Source: Actinomycetes bacterium (GTDB lineage: Bacteria; Actinomycetota; Actinomycetes; Propionibacteriales; Propionibacteriaceae). Taken from it: a DNA stretch of 64,000 bases. The stretch spans positions 9,198 to 73,197 of the forward strand of contig JAEXCA010000108.1 in assembly GCA_023393755.1 (NCBI GenBank), written 5' to 3'. The notes under the pieces were generated by a model. The model was not told the DNA's origin, made no database searches, and saw nothing but the letters and a program-made list of their open reading frames with translations. A program made the position numbers and the translations under genes. This document shows, one piece after another, positions 62,737 to 64,000 of this stretch; the first letter of the stretch is position 1; every line of letters starts with the position of its first letter.

Positions 62737-63294
62737 TCATGCCTTCGTCGCCTCCGTCTGGGACTCCAGCTCGGCCAGGAAGCGCTCGACGCTGCGCTGG
62801 GCGCGCTCGTCGTCCGCCAGCGACTCGCCGACGATCTTGCCGGCCAACTGGGTGGCCAGGCCACCGATCTCGCCGCGCAACTGCTGGACGGCCTGTGCCC
62901 GTTCGGCTTCGATCTGGGTACGGGCGAGTTCGACCAGCCGCGCCGACTCGGCCTGAGCGGCCTGCCGGATCTCGGCGGCCGCCAGGGCGGCCTGCGGCTT
63001 GGCGTCCTCCCGGATCCTGGCTGCCTCCTCGCGGGCCGAGGCCAGCTGCTGGCGGTACTCGGCCAGCGCGGCGGACGCCTCGGCCTGGGCGGCCTCGGCC
63101 TTCTCGATCCCGCCCGCGATCAGTTCGGAACGCTCGGCGTAGGTCTTCTCGAACATCGGGACGACCTTCTTGGCGATCACGAACCAGACGATCAGCGCCA
63201 ACCCGATGCCGGCGAACAGCTCGCTGAGATGTTCCGGCAGCAGCGGGCCGAGATCGATCCCACCCGTCTCGAGCGGCAACATGCCTGGCCTCAC
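62737..63294 (-). CDS. atpF: F0F1 ATP synthase subunit b
   Basis: N-terminal TM followed by a long Ala/Glu helix. GTGA overlap with the atpE stop. Confidence 0.92.
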   Translation of the reverse strand: MRPGMLPLETGGIDLGPLLPEHLSELFAGIGLALIVWFVIAKKVVPMFEKTYAERSELIAGGIEKAEAAQAEASAALAEYRQQLASAREEAARIREDAKPQAALAAAEIRQAAQAESARLVELARTQIEAERAQAVQQLRGEIGGLATQLAGKIVGESLADDERAQRSVERFLAELESQTEATKA

Positions 63295-63503
63295 TGCAGC
63301 ACGAACGCCAGCGCGATAGCGATGATGGCCAGCGCCTCGACCACGGCGAAGCCGAGGATGGCGGTCGACATCATGGCCCCACGGGCCTCAGGCTGACGGG
63401 CGGTGCCGTTGATCACCGAAGCGAAGATCCAGGCAACGCCGATCGCCGGGCCGAGGGTCGCCAGCGCGTAGCCGATCATGTTGATCGAGCCAGTGATTTC
63501 CAT
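63291..63503 (-). CDS. atpE: F0F1 ATP synthase subunit c
   Basis: 70-aa hairpin proteolipid with ARQPE loop and FAVVEALAI. Confidence 0.95.
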   Translation of the reverse strand: MEITGSINMIGYALATLGPAIGVAWIFASVINGTARQPEARGAMMSTAILGFAVVEALAIIAIALAFVLQ

Positions 63504-63540
63504 TGGGTGTTCCTTTCGGTGGCTTCGAGGACGAAGTCGG

Positions 63541-64000
63541 TCAGTGCTCCTCGGCGATTGCCGAGGAGATGTATTGGGCGGTCAGGACGGTGAAGATGTA
63601 GGCCTGCAGGATGGCCACCAGGATCTCCAGGGCGAAGATCGCCAGGCTGAACACCAGCGAGACCACGCCGGCGGTGTTCAGCAGCGGAACCGGGAAGCCG
63701 GCGGTGGGTTCGGTCATGGTGAGCAGCATGCTGCCGCCGACCACGAAGACCATGATCACCAGGTGCCCGGCGAACAGGTTGCCGAAGAGTCGCATCGCCA
63801 GGGTGACCGGGCGGACGATGAAGTTGGAGAGGAACTCCAGCGGGATGATCAGCGGCCACAGCGCCACAGGCACGCCCTCGGGGAGCGTCATCCGGCGCAT
63901 GTACGAGCCGAAGCCGTACTTCGCGATCCCGGCGGCGTTGTAGACGATGTAGCTCAGGATCGCCAGGCCGTAGGCGTACCCGATCTTGGAGAAGGTCGGG
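63541..64000 (-). CDS. atpB: F0F1 ATP synthase subunit a (5' end beyond window edge)
   Basis: The frame is open to the window end. [13 protein letters not shown] is present. Confidence 0.9.
   Translation of the reverse strand, partial: PTFSKIGYAYGLAILSYIVYNAAGIAKYGFGSYMRRMTLPEGVPVALWPLIIPLEFLSNFIVRPVTLAMRLFGNLFAGHLVIMVFVVGGSMLLTMTEPTAGFPVPLLNTAGVVSLVFSLAIFALEILVAILQAYIFTVLTAQYISSAIAEEH

Overview
High-GC actinobacterial chromosomal segment. It is gene-dense and mostly core metabolism, in order: trpA/B/C/E plus hisI (minus strand); serC-serA; gatCAB; ligA; mnmA and cysteine desulfurase; a GlgE-pathway alpha-glucan block (glgX-glgE-mak-glgB, pgm); mce; a DivIVA-domain protein; nucS; and the F1Fo ATP synthase operon (atpBEFHAGDC). 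No rRNA, tRNA, CRISPR array, integrase or transposase was recognised.

Three accessory patches interrupt the core:
- **7.8-15.1 kb:** an unannotated 56-aa secreted Cys-loop peptide directly upstream of an orphan HisKA_3 kinase, a decayed GH3 gene, a large secreted protein and a helicase.
- **15.1-28.2 kb:** a roughly 10-kb sugar-utilisation island (GH3, CUT1 ABC importer, PocR-AraC regulator, a 971-aa double-FAD/HEAT-like protein). It is bracketed by about 475-bp direct repeats (MmcQ/YjbR paralogues), two VapBC modules, two palindromic elements and an inverted VanZ gene fragment.
- **46.3-47.7 kb:** an AT-richer two-gene insert (DUF2599-like protein plus small membrane protein) between glgB and a YbbN-like gene. 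It is flanked by diverged duplicate fragments of both neighbours.

Several GC-rich repeat families occur:
- A REP-like nested hairpin has at least 4 copies, one of them carrying a 41-bp tandem amplification.
- One repeat copy lies in frame at the 5' end of trpA.
- A 12-bp-stem hairpin is shared by the trp and atp operons, immediately upstream of the trpC and atpH start codons.

All calls come from reading the sequence and the ORF translations. No database search or numerical computation was run. Family names are recognition by motif, and start codons are best guesses. Many long ORFs in the track are antisense shadow ORFs typical of high-GC DNA and were rejected.
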